Source: Filimonas zeae (GTDB lineage: Bacteria; Bacteroidota; Bacteroidia; Chitinophagales; Chitinophagaceae). Taken from it: a stretch of DNA of 24,000 bases. Shown one piece after another: positions 23,849-24,000 of this stretch. The notes beneath the pieces are model-generated. The model saw only the letters and a list, made by a program, of their open reading frames with translations, was not told the origin of the DNA and ran no database searches. The stretch lies in the NCBI RefSeq assembly GCF_014641615.1, contig NZ_BMIB01000004.1, positions 1,048,785 to 1,072,784 on the forward strand, in the 5' to 3' direction. The translations under genes were made by a program, and so were the position numbers. The stretch's first letter is position 1; each line of letters starts with the position of its first letter.

Positions 23849-24000
23849 AAACCATGAAAAGATTAATAGTAAATTAGTTAGTAAAAAGTGCCTTTAAGGT
23901 TTACAAACCTTACTACACCCAATTCAAGAAAATTCACCTTTGATTACGACAGCTCTCAGGCTATACAAAATAAAATAGAACTTCTTAGCTATTACTTACC

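Noticed and set aside
23895-23912. Hairpin TAAGGTT-TACA-AACCTTA downstream of the MBL remnant, considered as a terminator.
   Set aside because: The stem is a short 7-bp AT-rich one with no following T-tract, in an AT-rich region where such palindromes arise by chance.

Overview
This looks like a Bacteroidota chromosome segment. It has a SusC/SusD pair, a hybrid two-component regulator with an AraC HTH, TAnnTTTG-type -7 boxes and mostly SD-less starts. A Chitinophagaceae or Sphingobacteriia origin is my impression only. All calls rest on motif and pattern recognition in the supplied translations and on reading the DNA by eye; no searches were run.

Positions 1-15.2 kb are one minus-strand polysaccharide utilisation locus (PUL). 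In transcription order it contains a heparinase II/III-like lyase, a GH88 unsaturated uronyl hydrolase, a FucP-like MFS sugar transporter, a hybrid sensor kinase/response regulator/AraC regulator, SusC, SusD, and a further secreted enzyme that runs off the left edge and is missing from the ORF track.

Positions 15.4-24 kb look accessory. Intergenic tracts are visibly more AT-rich and most genes are uncharacterised. This part holds three hypothetical genes, a solitary vsr with no methyltransferase, two orphan single-domain response regulators, two small hypothetical genes and a decayed MBL-fold (ComEC-like) pseudogene.

The best candidate for an undescribed system is at 19.1-22.3 kb. An AraC-type regulator and a receiver-less LytTR-only regulator sit upstream of a 455-bp non-coding gap. 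The gap contains three 21-bp direct repeats, which is the spacing LytTR proteins are known to use, plus 11-bp phased repeats. A tightly coupled three-gene operon follows: a 189-aa unknown, a 145-aa DUF5675-like protein with a His...Gly-Cys-Ile motif, and a 75-aa two-TM protein, closed by a clean terminator. I read it as a transcriptionally gated cell-envelope or lysis-type module lying outside any prophage. That is a hypothesis, not a demonstrated function.

I found no tRNA, rRNA, CRISPR array, integrase or transposase.
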